From positions 3,286,001-3,350,000 of the forward strand of contig CM022672.1 in the NCBI GenBank assembly GCA_012295275.1: a DNA stretch of 64,000 nucleotides. Direction: 5' to 3'. The position numbers and the translations under genes were made by a program. Positions 15,414 through 29,439 of the stretch are shown here, piece after piece (position 1 is the stretch's first letter; every line of letters starts with the position of its first letter). The notes under the pieces were generated by a model. That model was not told the origin of the DNA. It worked only from the letters and a program-made list of their open reading frames with translations, and made no database searches. Source of the DNA: Chrysomallon squamiferum. Taxonomy: Eukaryota > Animalia > Mollusca.

Positions 15414-15994
15414 TTATGTAAATAAAATTTAATATTAAATTATTATTTGTTTATTTTTATTTATTTTGTGAAATTATTCCAGAAACACATCGAAATCCAG
15501 TTTTGCTGTAAACTTGTCTGTTGACTGTTTCTCAGATGAAAATCGAAATAAGCAAATCAAAATCGATTATAAATAAAACTATTTTTTATTGAAATATCAT
15601 TTTATGAACATTAACATATAAAACTTAAGAAATCTAAATTCTCTGTGACTTTCACCATAATATTTCTTAAGATAATGATCAATATTAGTTTTAACACGTC
15701 TCTATACGGATGTCTGAAATGACAGTCTTGACCTGCAGTGCGTTCCTTAAATTTGTTTTCTCCTTAAAGTTTTGGCACCGACTTCTTAACGACTGTTTGA
15801 TAAGGGGTCTCGAGTACATGTAACGTAAAATTTTCACTTTAAAACAAATCCCTGAATAAAAGTTTTTTTTTATTTTTTGGAGGGTTATTCTTTTTTGTTT
15901 TTTCTCTTGAAAGAAAATATTTTTCAGTGTTTATATAGTCTTGAATAATTTGGTATCGTCCGAATTTCTATGAAAGTGAAGTTAACATTCCAAT

Positions 15995-16614
15995 TTATTC
16001 TCTTAGGTTCAGAATATCTGAAAATAATAAAGATAATGATAACAATAATAACAACAACAACAACAAAAAGTCAATAGCAACAACAATAATAATAATAATA
16101 ATAGTAACAATAACAACAATAACATATTTACTAGTCTGATTACGATAACAGCTTTAAAATAGTTTTACTTTAATAAAAGATATTTATTGTGCGATCTGCT
16201 GTATTCAAAATACTAATAATATCATACTGTTTATTTAAAAAAAAAAAAAAAAAAAAAAAAAGGAGAAAAAAAAAATTATTGTTGTTGTTTACAAATAAAG
16301 GTTGGTCATTACAACATTTATTTTTACCTATTTTGTTTTTGAGTACTTTAGAAAGTTGACAGTAGCCACACTTGTCAAGCGCTTTAATAAACGGTTCCCA
16401 CCAACGCGGTTGTCGTTTTATAGCATCCCACAGCTTAATGTTTGCATCCCTGTCTGATCTGCCAGCGTTAGTGACAGTTCTTTCAATAATTTGCTAGATT
16501 TAAAATAAATAAATAAATAAATAAACCAACGATTATAACACATTTGCTAAATTAAGAAAAAATAACGAGCATCATTAACGCTCATGTACACAGGCAACCA
16601 AAGCAAATAGTAAT

Positions 16615-16658
<44 letters not shown>

Positions 16659-17168
16659 CAACAACAACAAAAACAAATCAACCAATCAATCACTGAATAA
16701 AAGAAAATATGTATCAACAGCCAAAAGGGTATCAAATTACAATTTACATTACAGTTACTGGATCCGACGAGATGAATCTTAGGAGGGACCTTCAGTGGAT
16801 CTGCACAGTAAGAAGATTATAAATACGGTATCACCGATATTAAGAAAGGCAAGTCGTCGGTGATTTTCGAGGCTGACCTCATTCCTCGATAATATCGTTC
16901 GATATCGGTATTATAGGACGAAATAATAAAGTTGCAGTATCTGAACTGTATCACCTGAAAGGCTTATAAAACATCCGTTTTCACAAATATATTTAGCTTC
17001 AAACACTGTCTATATACAATGTGGTTGTCTTACTTCATCCTGTTCGGATAAAACTCTTTTTAAGTAAGGAAGCATTTGTATAGGATCCATGCCGTCCAAG
17101 AAACGGGTATAAAAATGACTGCTCTCCACAGTCCGGATCAGTTCTTTAGATATCTTCTCTTCGTCCAT
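15995..17168 (-). CDS. MAVS/RIG-I-type CARD-domain protein, apparently CARD-only (~107 aa)
   Basis: Exons 17168-17034 (MDEEKISKELIRTVESSHFYTRFLDGMDPIQMLPYLKRVLSEQDE|gtaaga), 16493-16328 (QIIERTVTNAGRSDRDANIKLWDAIKRQPRWWEPFIKALDKCGYCQLSKVLKNKI) and probable terminal exon 16017-15995 (DILNLRE*). There is an in-frame stop just upstream of the ATG. Resembles the MAVS CARD pattern ILPYL...RRPGWVEYFIAALRGC. Candidate 5'UTR donor near 17863. Confidence 0.8.
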
Positions 17169-17296
17169 CGCTGGTCAACAAAACTGTAAAAAACAGTAAA
17201 TGTGCTGCAGTAAGTTATATCGTGCGTTAAAAAAATATTTTCAACCAAAATTTATTTATTTATTATTTATTCTTGTTATTGCTTTTATATGTGTGT

Positions 17297-17361
<65 letters not shown>

Positions 17362-18414
17362 TCTCTTCCAAATGTATCAGTTCTCGTAACTCTATTTCTT
17401 CAGTCTTTTAATAGTGTTATTAGGCTATTTAAAAACGAGGAACATTTTTCGATGATCACCGGCGATTCAACTGAACTCTGATGGCGTACCCAGCCCATGA
17501 CAAATGGGTTGATTTGGTTAGATAAGCTGAATTCAGTCAGTTTTAAATGTTATTTTTATATTCAATTTTGAAGCTGAAAATAATCTACACTACATATTAT
17601 GCTTAAACCTTTTTGAACAAGACGTAGACAACCTATAAGATTATGTATATATATAGTTCAGATGTTAGGCGTTTATTTACATATTTACGGCTTCTAACAT
17701 TTAGGTTGAGTAACTCATAGTAATGATACATCCGGGTTCAACTGACTTAGCTACCATTTCCATAGCATTCGTGATAGTTGTAGCTTCCCATGATTACTCA
17801 TATCTAAACTGTATATCAGACGATTTTTCTACGACTGATAATTAATTAACAGATAGTTTTTACCTGCATTCTGAAGGGCCGCAGACTCAAACATCCAAAA
17901 TTACATTTATCTTATCGATACAAATTCGTATTAGTTCCGTTTACGATCCTGTATTTTGCATTGCTTGAAATAGAAATAATCAAATTCCGAAAATAGTTGA
18001 AAAAATTAATAATGTATTATTGTTGTTGTTGTTGTTCTTATTATTATTAATATTCATATTATATATATATATATATTTTTTTTTTTTTCGTGTGTGTGTG
18101 TGCTTTCAGTACTATTTCAATGGGTTACATGGCCAGTGGTATCTGACTTCCGGTTAGGGCAAAATTAACAAAATGGATGAGGCCATTCTCCTCGGGCACA
18201 GTAAAGTGTGATACATTCATTTGTCGATAATTTTATTATTTCAAGATGTGTATGAACATTTAAAAATAATATGCTGAAAAGAATATGCTCAAAACACACG
18301 AGCTAAACATAACTGATTCTGAACGTGATATTAGCAAATAATCCAAATATATAACAAAATAATAATAATAATAAAATAAAATTAAATTAAAAAAAAGAAC
18401 AAACAACAGCACAT

Positions 18415-18446
<32 letters not shown>

Positions 18447-19540
18447 TGAAAAGAAAAAATAAGCCTTAAATTAAATCTAGATTCCAGTCAGTAATAATAT
18501 TACTGATCCTCTCTGCAGCTGGTTTCGTTTGTATCAAGGAACAGTTGAGTGTTACCAGGAAATCAGTGAGAAACCAACAATATTAAATAATTGTTGTGAA
18601 AATTGTAAGAAATTTTAGAAACCAATACAAATTGATGTGTGGCAGTAATTTATGTCCAATTTTAAACTCATGCCAAATTAATGTAATATTTTATTATAAT
18701 TTATTTATCATGGTTTTTATTATTGTTAATATTATTTTTGAAACACAATCAACAAAATAACATTATTTTAATATATTTTTTTTATATTGTTTTAAGGTAT
18801 TTTTTTTTATTTAATTAACTTTTTGTCTACATATAGAATATAAAAAAAATTTAAAAAATTAAAATAAAAACGAAAAGTCACACAACTAATTTAACACTGC
18901 TTTTATTTTCAAAAGTATATTAATACAAAATAATAAATTTTTGTCAACAGTTTTACAAATTAACACAGAACATCAACAACTGAACAAAAGTTTTATATTA
19001 ATGGAGCAAACTGGTGCAAATTTGTAGAAAATTCCTTCATAAACAACCACAGAGAAGTGGAGAAAACTCATTCTCATCTACTGATTTGCTGTATTAGTCC
19101 AACTGCAGTATCTTGCCATCAAATTATCTATCTATTCACATGGGAAAGTCATTTAATTTTTTGTAACAATGATAATGTTAAACATGATGTTTTTTCTTTA
19201 TCCATCTGTCTGAATAGTTCAGTTGAAGTTTTGCAATATATATAACTCTACTGTGAATGTGCAATTAGTTATTTTGATTCAAATATTAATTTTTCCTATA
19301 ATATACTTTGAAAAATAACAATACTACACCAGAATTTGATTAATTAACCATATCTGCCTTCATTTCTACTTCATTTTCACCATGCTGTTTGCTTGGCATC
19401 TTTGTTCTGTTTTGTAATGATCAAAATAAATATTCAATATTGTAATACAAACAGTAACAGTTTATAATTTCAAAAGAACAAAACTAACTTTCTCAGTAAG
19501 AAATGGATTCTATGTTATTTTACTGGTCTCGAAAGACAAG

Positions 19541-19989
19541 TTATCTTTTTCGCTTTCTTTTTTTCCCTCTGCTCAAGGATTTCCACTTTCCTTTACTTCC
19601 ACTGCTGTTGTTTTTGGACTTAAACTGGTTTCTGAAGTCCATGCTTGTCTCCTCAAGTTCAGAAATTCGTTTAAATGTTTTGAGGGGCGAGTCTAATTTT
19701 GCGTTCAGCCAGTTAGGTTCTTTGCTCTGAGATTCATCCTCAGCTGGAATAATGACAGTATTTTTTGTCTCTGCACATTTGGCTGATTTTGTCAAACTGA
19801 AAAAAAAAGTGAAAAAAACACTAAAAAATTTCAAATAAAAAGAAAATCATTTCAAAAAAAAAAAAATAATACAACTAAACGTAATAATGACAAACATTTT
19901 ATTTAATATCAATATTTTTTTTTAAAGTTGTATTATATATTTAACTAGATCTCTTCTTTGATCAAAGGCAATAGGAATAGTAGTAGTAG

Positions 19990-20020
<31 letters not shown>

Positions 20021-22554
20021 TTGACAAGTGCACTTGTGGTCATTTAAAAGTAGGGTCCAAAATATTTCTTTATAGTTATTGGTTTGAGGAACATATCATC
20101 ATTAGTAATCAATGATTGTAATGAAACGATACTCTTATAAAACATCTGTATTCAGCCATTTTACTACTTAACTATTTGTATGGTGAAGTATATGCAAACT
20201 GATAATTCTACTTTTTTTTCTTTTTTGATTTTCTCACAATACCAGAACAAACTAGTTTCAGTAGGTCTGTCCTGTATGCAGGGAGTCTTGACAACAGAAA
20301 ACTATTATTACAGTTACATTACTGTATTTATCATAATTACTACAATTATCAGTATCAGAATTATTTCAATTACTGATGCACTTTAATACTGTTTATTGCA
20401 GTTTGAAAATTATTTAATATATTTTTGCTGACAAAAATGCAGCATCACCAAGAAAACAAATAATTCTGCTACTAATATGAACAGAAAAAGATACTCACTT
20501 TGCAGTAACTTTTCTATTTTCATGATCACCATCTGGAAAGAAAAGGCCAATATTTTTATATTAATATTTTTCAAACACTCACACACACACATATATCTAT
20601 ATATAGTTGTAGAGAAAACACCATATACTTGCTGTTACTTTACAGTTTATCAGTAATGAATTGTTTTAAATACTGAAAACAATGACTGATGAAATGAAAA
20701 AACTGCTATGAAAGTGTTATCACCATTGACCTGGCTTCTCGAGATGTTTCCATGTTGAATCAACTTCAACAGTCAACTTTCGTCTTGGCACTAGTCTCAT
20801 GTAACGTCTGTCATTATCTTTGTCACCAGCCTGATTTTTCTCTATTTCAGATTTTATACAACTGTCGACATGCTGCTCATATTCAAATCCTGCTCTCACA
20901 TCGTTGTGGCATATCATACATTTTTCCATCTGTCTATAATACTATACCATTATCAAAAAATATATTTAATACAGAACCATTAAAACAAAAACATGAACTA
21001 ATATACATGCAAAATATATTCTAATACATATCATACATTTTTCCATCTGTCTATAATACAGAACCATTATCAACAAAAACATGAACTAATATACATGCAA
21101 AATATATTCTAATACAGAACCATTATCAACAAAAACATGAACTAATATACATGCAAAATATATTCTAATACAGAACCATTATCAACAAAAACATGAACTA
21201 ATATACATGCAAAATATATTCTCAACAATTCTAATTTCCCCATTTATTTGTCGTTTCCAAACTTCTATGTTTCAAGATTATCTGCCCATTCTAAGATGAA
21301 TTTAGGGGAAGATTGTGTCCGTTTGTTATTTAACAGATTCTGGTATGCATTATTTTGTCTGTTTTCAGTGATCACTACTCTATACAGAGACAACTATTCT
21401 GAATAATAAGCCTAAAAAGTCAGATAAATCTCTCTACACAGAAACTGTAAATGAACTGTTGCTATTAACTGTATATAATAAAAGATGTACACAGAACTGG
21501 AAGTTGAAATCAGCTTCAACACCTTGTACTTTGTAGCAAAAAGTCTGATAATAAAATATTCATTGTAGGTATTAAAACTAAATATAGGTACAGATATTCT
21601 ACATGAAACTGGAAATCTCATACTTATTGCTAATGTCTGACATTAACGTAACAATCATTCATTGACTGTTCATGAAAAAAAAAAAAAAATATGTTTAGAT
21701 GACAATTAATAGTGACAAGAGTTATAGAAAATACAAATCTGCAACAATACTCATAGAAGGAACTCTGTGGATAATACAGAAAATCAAAGTAACTTACTCG
21801 TGTTGTATATGTAATTTTATTGTCATTGCAGAATGGTCAATCTCATCAGAAAACTCTAAAAACATAGAAATATTTTTGAAGTGGATATTTGCTTAAAACA
21901 AATTCTGCATACCTTGCTGTCATATAAAAAATAATATGTTATAAAGAAAACAAAATCTGTATTATTCAAAAATTAATTCTAAAAGTTATTTATATAAAGG
22001 TATTACTCTGTATGTGTAAAAATACGCATATATCTATCTATCTATCTATCTATCTATATACACAAAAACACACACACACACACACACACATATATGCAAC
22101 AAAATTAATCAAAGATCAAATTTGTTTTAACAACTCACCATCATATTTTCCTGCATCCTTAGCCATATTGCATTGGAAATCAGATGGTACAGAAATTACT
22201 TCAACTGAATCACTTACAGGATCACTTCTGAAATAATTTTTTTGTTTTTTAGTGAGAATAAGTACAATAACTACAGCAGTTTGAAAAAATAAAAACATAT
22301 ACTGTGATGACATTTAACCTTACTTCATCCTACTTGGTGATTCTGTTTTCACTAAAATTTACTGTTCCTTTACGTTTTATTGGGACTTTTCTTAGGGATG
22401 TTAAGGTTTGTGTTTTGTAGTTATTGTTAATTACTGACCACAGAGACAGAAGTAATTTTCCTTAATCACTACAAATTAACAGCTTTATTTTCAAATGAAT
22501 AATGAAACAAAACTCAATTAACTGCAAGTCTCAGAATACAATTCTAACATAAAA

Positions 22555-22593
<39 letters not shown>

Positions 22594-25500
22594 TTTTCAC
22601 ATAAATAAACAAAAAACAACTGAAGAGCTTTTTCAAAATGCCATCAATCTATTTTTCTTTCAACAACTATTCCAATAATACGTCCTGTGTGATACATTCT
22701 GATGTTGCAGAACAAACTAATTATGCTTATAATGTAGTAACAAAACACTGACTGTTCTTCTGAAACATCCTCAGCACTGCAAATTACTGCACTAAACACA
22801 TTTTAAAATTAATGAAATGAAGCATTTACAAAAAGAGTTCTGTGTTGATTTACATAAATCAAAGAATAATTTATGACTCATTAAACTGAGTTTTCTGTAT
22901 TGAGTCAGAATTTTTTTTAAATGACACTGATTAAATATGAATCCATACCCTGTTTCATCTTTTTCACTGGGATCTGGAAAATAAATAGTAGAGAAGATTA
23001 CATTAGATTATTCTTCTTTCCCCTTAAATATCTTGATAGGGGTTGTAAATATCTTTCCATTTACTTTACTAAATGTTCTTTTCTCAAATAATGATAGTAA
23101 TAAAAATACTGCTACTAAACAACCACTACTATTACTACTACAGCTAATAATAATAATAACAACAAAAAAATACTTTTAATGCTGCTATTTTTACCCTTTG
23201 TAACTGAAATTACTGACACAATGGCATTCTGATAGCTGACAAATCAGTTAGCCTGTATCAGATGTGACTGTGACTACAGAAAAGTGGCAGCATGCCGATA
23301 TCTTTAAACAATGCTCACTAACTTCATTATTAATTAACAATGGACAGTGCAAACAAATTAAAACAATTATTTCTTCATGTCGTTAAACTTATTCTTGAAG
23401 CAGTGTTTTTCTGTTCTTTTGCACTTCATTATCAGTTAAGAAAACATAATTTTGAAATACAGAGACTACATCTACAGAATATTTCTTCGCATCAGGTATG
23501 TTACACTTTAAAGTGGTAATGGAATTATTGTGAATATCTGTACTTTCACCCTCAGCACTTTGATGATGTTTTCGTTTCCTTGTTTCATAGATGACAGGAC
23601 CTTCACACTCGGAGGCATGATGTTCAATCTGACTGCTGCTGAACAGTGCATTACACAATGGACAGGCAATATGGTTTCGCACCTGTAGTGGACAGTCATC
23701 AAAATATAATAATAAATAAAATTATAATACGCGTGAAATACTTGAGTAATATGCAAGAATGTTTTTAATTTTTTTTTTTTTTATTACACGTGAATAAATA
23801 TTGACAGACAAACAGAAAAACAATATAAACAGAGAAATTTCAGTGAGACTGATTAGACACTAACAGAAAGATGGCAGAGAAAAAGAATAAAAATTGATTT
23901 AGTACTTGGATTAATTATATTCAGTTTGCAGTTTGTATTTCAGAGCAAGCACTGAAGTTAATGTTACCTTAATTGACTGTTTTTTTGTATGATGATTCTC
24001 TTTTTCATCATCATTTGGGTAGCAGTCAGATGATGTCAAAGTGTGAGCTGCAGTGTTTCCTGATGTAGAAGTTAGGGATAAATGTTCATCAGATCTCAGT
24101 ACATTAACAGTCTCCTCTGAATTCTCACTGTCAAATGACTCCCTGAGTCTCTTTTTGCACCTCTGTTTCATACCTGGAGATCCATATTGCATGGAAGAGT
24201 AATTTCCATTTTCATTATTTGTTTTAATTGATTGATGAGGTGATTTTATTCTGTCCTGTAAGAGATTTTCTTGTTCCTGTGCATGTAAAGAAATAGTTGG
24301 CAGCCATGGACTTTGCTGCTTTGATACTGCTGAAGAACTGGAACCTAGCTGAGGATTTTCTTTATTTTCCTTTGCAGATTCCACACAAGTCTTCTCAGAA
24401 GGGTCTTTACCATGAACTTTGAAAAGAAGCCGTTTCGACTGACGTGTTTCATTATCAAACGTCCAAGTGATTTCTACTTTATCATTCCTGTTACTTGGTT
24501 GTATCTCGGGTGACTCAAAATAATCATTCTTTTTTGAAAGATTTTTCTTTGAAGCCACTCTTAATACTGAGTCTGATGATTCACTGCTGTCTGAATCAAC
24601 AATAATGCCAATGATATCCCTTTCATCAGTCAAACTTGGCTCTTCCAAAGATCTCCGCTGGTATGGCTTGATCTCTCCTTGAGAATTCAGAATGGAATTG
24701 GAACTCTGGCTATAATTAAGCTCATTATTACCATCTTTGCTGGAACTATGTGTAGCTGAAGAGCCTTTTCTCAATTCCACTTCACCTTCAGAGGCAAGAT
24801 TTTTATCAACTATATAAACCTCATCATCACCATCTTGGATTAATGTCTGAGAACCACTCTGCTCATTTACAAGAGTTGATTCCAGTGGAATGTGTTCTGT
24901 GGTTTCTTCCCTATTGAGATAAGAATTGTTTGCTTCATCTTCTGCTGATTCAAGTGCAGGAATATCTGGCAGAGATTCATTTAAATCTTGGTTTTCAATA
25001 CCCTGAGAACCATTTCTCACAACTTCAGTTTCTGTATCACCACTCAAAGGAAATGACATCTGACCACGTTTCTTTATGTCCAAAGTATGAGTCATATGGC
25101 GTCCTACTGGTATAGGATCCCCCCAATCCACATGACTGACCACTTGAGACTGAGCTAACCTAACTCTGCGTTGGTACAAGTCAAACTGTTTAAGAATATC
25201 TTTGGCGTGAGTGACAGGATCCTTTGATGGTGGACTGAATAATGGTTCAGTTAGTCTTATCTTTAAAAAAAAAAACAAGAAATCAAAAAACAATTAAAGA
25301 AAATGTCTAATGTTATAAAATTTTATGTATATCTAGGTTGGGGAAGGTAATTTGTTTTTCTTAGTATTTTAATCTTTTAAATCATTGAATTTAATCATCA
25401 ATTAATGGATATTGTTATTAATACTAAATTCAAAAACAAGTAATTTATAACATTAATACAATAGGATGATCTCGTTTTATGGTTACTGTCTTGCTCTCTT

Positions 25501-28500
25501 CTTTAGAAATCAAACTATATTAAAAACATTCAGTTTCATTTTCAACATTAATACAAATATAATTCATAAATCTGTTCACTCACTTTTTCTTTATATTTTC
25601 TGCATGGTGCAACCACAAATAACAGGTGGAAAGAAATAAATAAAACAAAATTAAAGAGAAAAATGACAAAATAGTTTAGAATTCAGGTATTTATGTATTA
25701 AAAAAAAAAAGTAAAACATTTTTGTCACTAATTAAATTGTCTATGAAAACAATGGAAGATAAAACAATTTTAAATTAACCTCCTAAGATAAAAAGCAGGC
25801 AACAACATAATTAACTTTAATTATCAGATAAATTACATGATTTGAAGCTGAAAGCCTTTTTTAATATCTGCACGTATAACTGAAGGCTAACTGTTTAGAG
25901 CTGCACCATAGCTTGGGGAAAAACTCAATTCTGATTGGCTTATCAAAGTAACAGCAAGAGGATTTTATCTACTTTTTATTTAAATTCTGGGATTTGATAA
26001 CACCTGTTTCCTTACATATGAACATGTTTCAATGTTCATAAAATGATGCAAGGCAGCTAAAGATTAGTTAAATGTTACTTAGTTAAATCCACTAAAACTA
26101 GCCCATAAGTGAAATCTCATAATTATTTCTAACACTGAAACAAAATTAGCTTATAAAAAATTTGTTTTACCTGTATTTTCGTACTAACTTCTTTTCAGAA
26201 AGCTGAGGTTTTACTTCTGCATTTTCCACAGTTTTCTTAAACTAAAGATGACAACCTTTTGATATTACTATTTTGCATACAAACACACACATAGGCATTT
26301 ACATACTCTCTATATAAAATAGCACAAATAGATGTAAGAATAAGATTGATCACTAATTTCAGTTGTGACAGTTACTTCTCTTTTAAGGAGAAACCAAAGA
26401 CTGGTTATCATAAAATGCAACAAATTACTTCATATTTTTGTTTTCACATTTGTTATGCATGATGATTTCTGTCTGTGAAAATCTTTGAGAAAAGAATCCA
26501 CTGTTTGTAACTGAGATGAGAAAACCATCGGAACAAGATGATCGTTACTAATAATTGTTTAATATGATGATTAATTTACATTTGTAAAACATTAATTAAA
26601 ATAAAAATAAATATAATTTTTTTTTTACAAAAATAACTTTAAAATAAAAAATAATAAAAAAATAATTTAAAAACAATAGAATAAACAAAAAAAAAAGTAA
26701 AATTTTTTTGTTTGTGTTAATTAACATCTAAAATCAACTTACTACAGGTGACTGTGACCTATCTGTATCATCAGCTTGAGTCAGAAGATTGATGTTCTGA
26801 TCTTCACGTGACAATAAATCAACATCAGATTCTTTTAGTACCTGGCTGTGTAAGAAAACAATGTGTCAGAACCTCCAATTACAAATTTAACATGTACAAT
26901 AATAACAATAACAGTGAACTGTATCGTCAGTTAACCTTGCTTCTAACAAACATTTTCCTTTATCTTGATACTGTTAAACAAACTTATCTACTGTATAAAA
27001 AAATTAATAAAAATAAATGTCACTGATATAAGTTATCAAACTCATACTATATACTGATGATGATTTAAAAACTTTGCTCCACAAAGAAATGGTCTAACTA
27101 TAGTCTTTATATGCTACCAAGTTATATTTTATTTGTTTTTCCCCTGTCAGATCTTCATTAATAACAAATAAAAGAGTATACTTCAAAAACATCTGGGCAT
27201 CAACATGTGCAGGCCAAAGCAATTTGCTCTAAAGCTCCTTGCAGTGTTGTGATTCCTGTTGTGAGGGAGTAAAATGGAGGTGTTTAGATATTCTCTAATA
27301 ACTCTATTTATCAAAGATTGTGATGAGAAATGGCAGGTCTCCAAAACAATAAAACATGCTACTTGGAAGTATAAATAATTTCATATGACAAATGCACTTT
27401 AACATGACAAATGTTTTAAATTAAAAACCTTGGGTGACACTTTTCTTTAAGGTCACTTTTCGTGTTTGTTGAAGATTTTTGTATCATACTGCATTCATTC
27501 ATTATAGGCCCAGTGTCTTTTAGGGTCTGGAAAATAAATATTAATATATATATATATATAAAAAAAAAAAAAAATAAAGTTTTTAATAACAATAAACGTT
27601 TTATCTTTTTCTAAAGAGGCAGTCCAAGTAACGGATAAATTTATGTTTTTCTACTGTGTTTATAATGATAAATATACACATATATAAGCATATATTAATA
27701 ACACTGCGTTTGTGGACAAAACCCAACTTTAAGAAATCTTACTTAACTACAAATTATACTTAAAGACAGACATAATAAGAATAAAACTTGAACTTAACTT
27801 GGTGACTTTACAGAGTTCTGTTATATTCCATACTAAAGTATAATACTGATTTTATGTATGTTAGTTCTGTTATGCTGCATGCTACAGTGTAATATACACA
27901 CTTACATAAATTTACAAACCGACAATTTTTAAGTCAAAAAATAAGTCAAAAAATAATTTAAATCATAAAAACATTCTGTCTTCTTGAAATTCAGATATTT
28001 AAAAATTAAGGAAATTTAAATTGTTATACATTGTTTTTCACCCAGACTCAAATATAATTTATACAGATACCTGTGGAGGCAGGTCTCGGAATAATTCAGG
28101 AGAACCGGGAGGTTGTGTTTCCTCGTCATCTGAATCTATCTTTTCAGCAGTGTCTGGATGCGACTCTGATAAATCATCATTTCTGGAATTAGAAGATGGA
28201 TCTGAATGTGTCGTCAGGTTTCTGGATGGAAGATCAACCACCAGTTCTTTGTCTGAACCAGACTGTTGCATCTCAGAATCAGAAGTCAGTTCTTGTAATT
28301 GACTTACAGATTCAGCTTCCTGATATGCAGAGCTGGATGTGTCCTTGGATGTGTCATCCACAGTCTGTGAAGAAAACAGTAGATGTATTGCATCTGCAGC
28401 TGCAATTATCAAATGCAACATTTTGATCCAAGGGAGAATGTAACTAACCATTGAAAAAAGAAATAATAATAATACAAGATCAAATAAAATTATCAGAAGT

Positions 28501-29384
28501 GGAGTGGGAAAAAAATCAACTGCAGAAAACAAATTAACCTGTTTAAAAATGTAATAAAGATATCTGTCTTCTGTTTCTCTCTTTATATATACATCTGTCT
28601 GGGTTTTTATCTCTCTATATACATCTGTCTGTATCTATAAACATTTTTTTCATTCAAATTAAAATTACTATCAACCCTTTCTTTGCACAAAGTAACATAG
28701 TAATAAGGCAAATAATTTGTTTTCTAAATAAATAAACATTTGCCAAAGAAAGAGAAAAGAAAATAATTTCTGTTTACCTTGCACAGTGTTTACTAGTAAC
28801 ATTCCTGCATTTACGGTAGAGATAATTAATGATGTGTTAATGTGTAATGAATGATTCACATCAGGTAAAAACCAAACAAAAGACTCAAATCTAAACAGGT
28901 ATTCTGCTATTCCTACCAATTTGGTAACAGCTGCAGATTTTTATTTTTATTTTTTTATACTCATTATTTTTATTCATATACCATTAAGTTGTTTGTACAT
29001 GTATGCTTATATATATATATATATGTATCTTTCATGTGTGTGTGTATAAATAAATATATATTGTTATAATTAGATATATGGTTGTATTTGAGAATGCTTA
29101 TCTTGTTATCTTATGTATATTTGATTAGAATCTGCACATAGACAATATTCAGGAATACACTGACACAGAGGGACAAGGACCCAATCATGACATCACAAAC
29201 ACAAGATGCGACTAATGAGACTTGAAATTATGGCACCCATTCATTCACACTCTTAAGGTCAACAAAACATCCATGACAATCTTTAAAAAGGTTGCTCAAT
29301 AATCAAGGGTGTAATATGTGTGTGTGTGTATGTATGTATGTATGTATGTATGTATACATACACATATATACATACATATACATG

Positions 29385-29439
<55 letters not shown>

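Noticed and set aside
20968-21222. CRISPR-like array (also considered for 36009-36305)
   Set aside because: Head-to-tail repeats without unique spacers, located in eukaryotic introns, with no cas genes.
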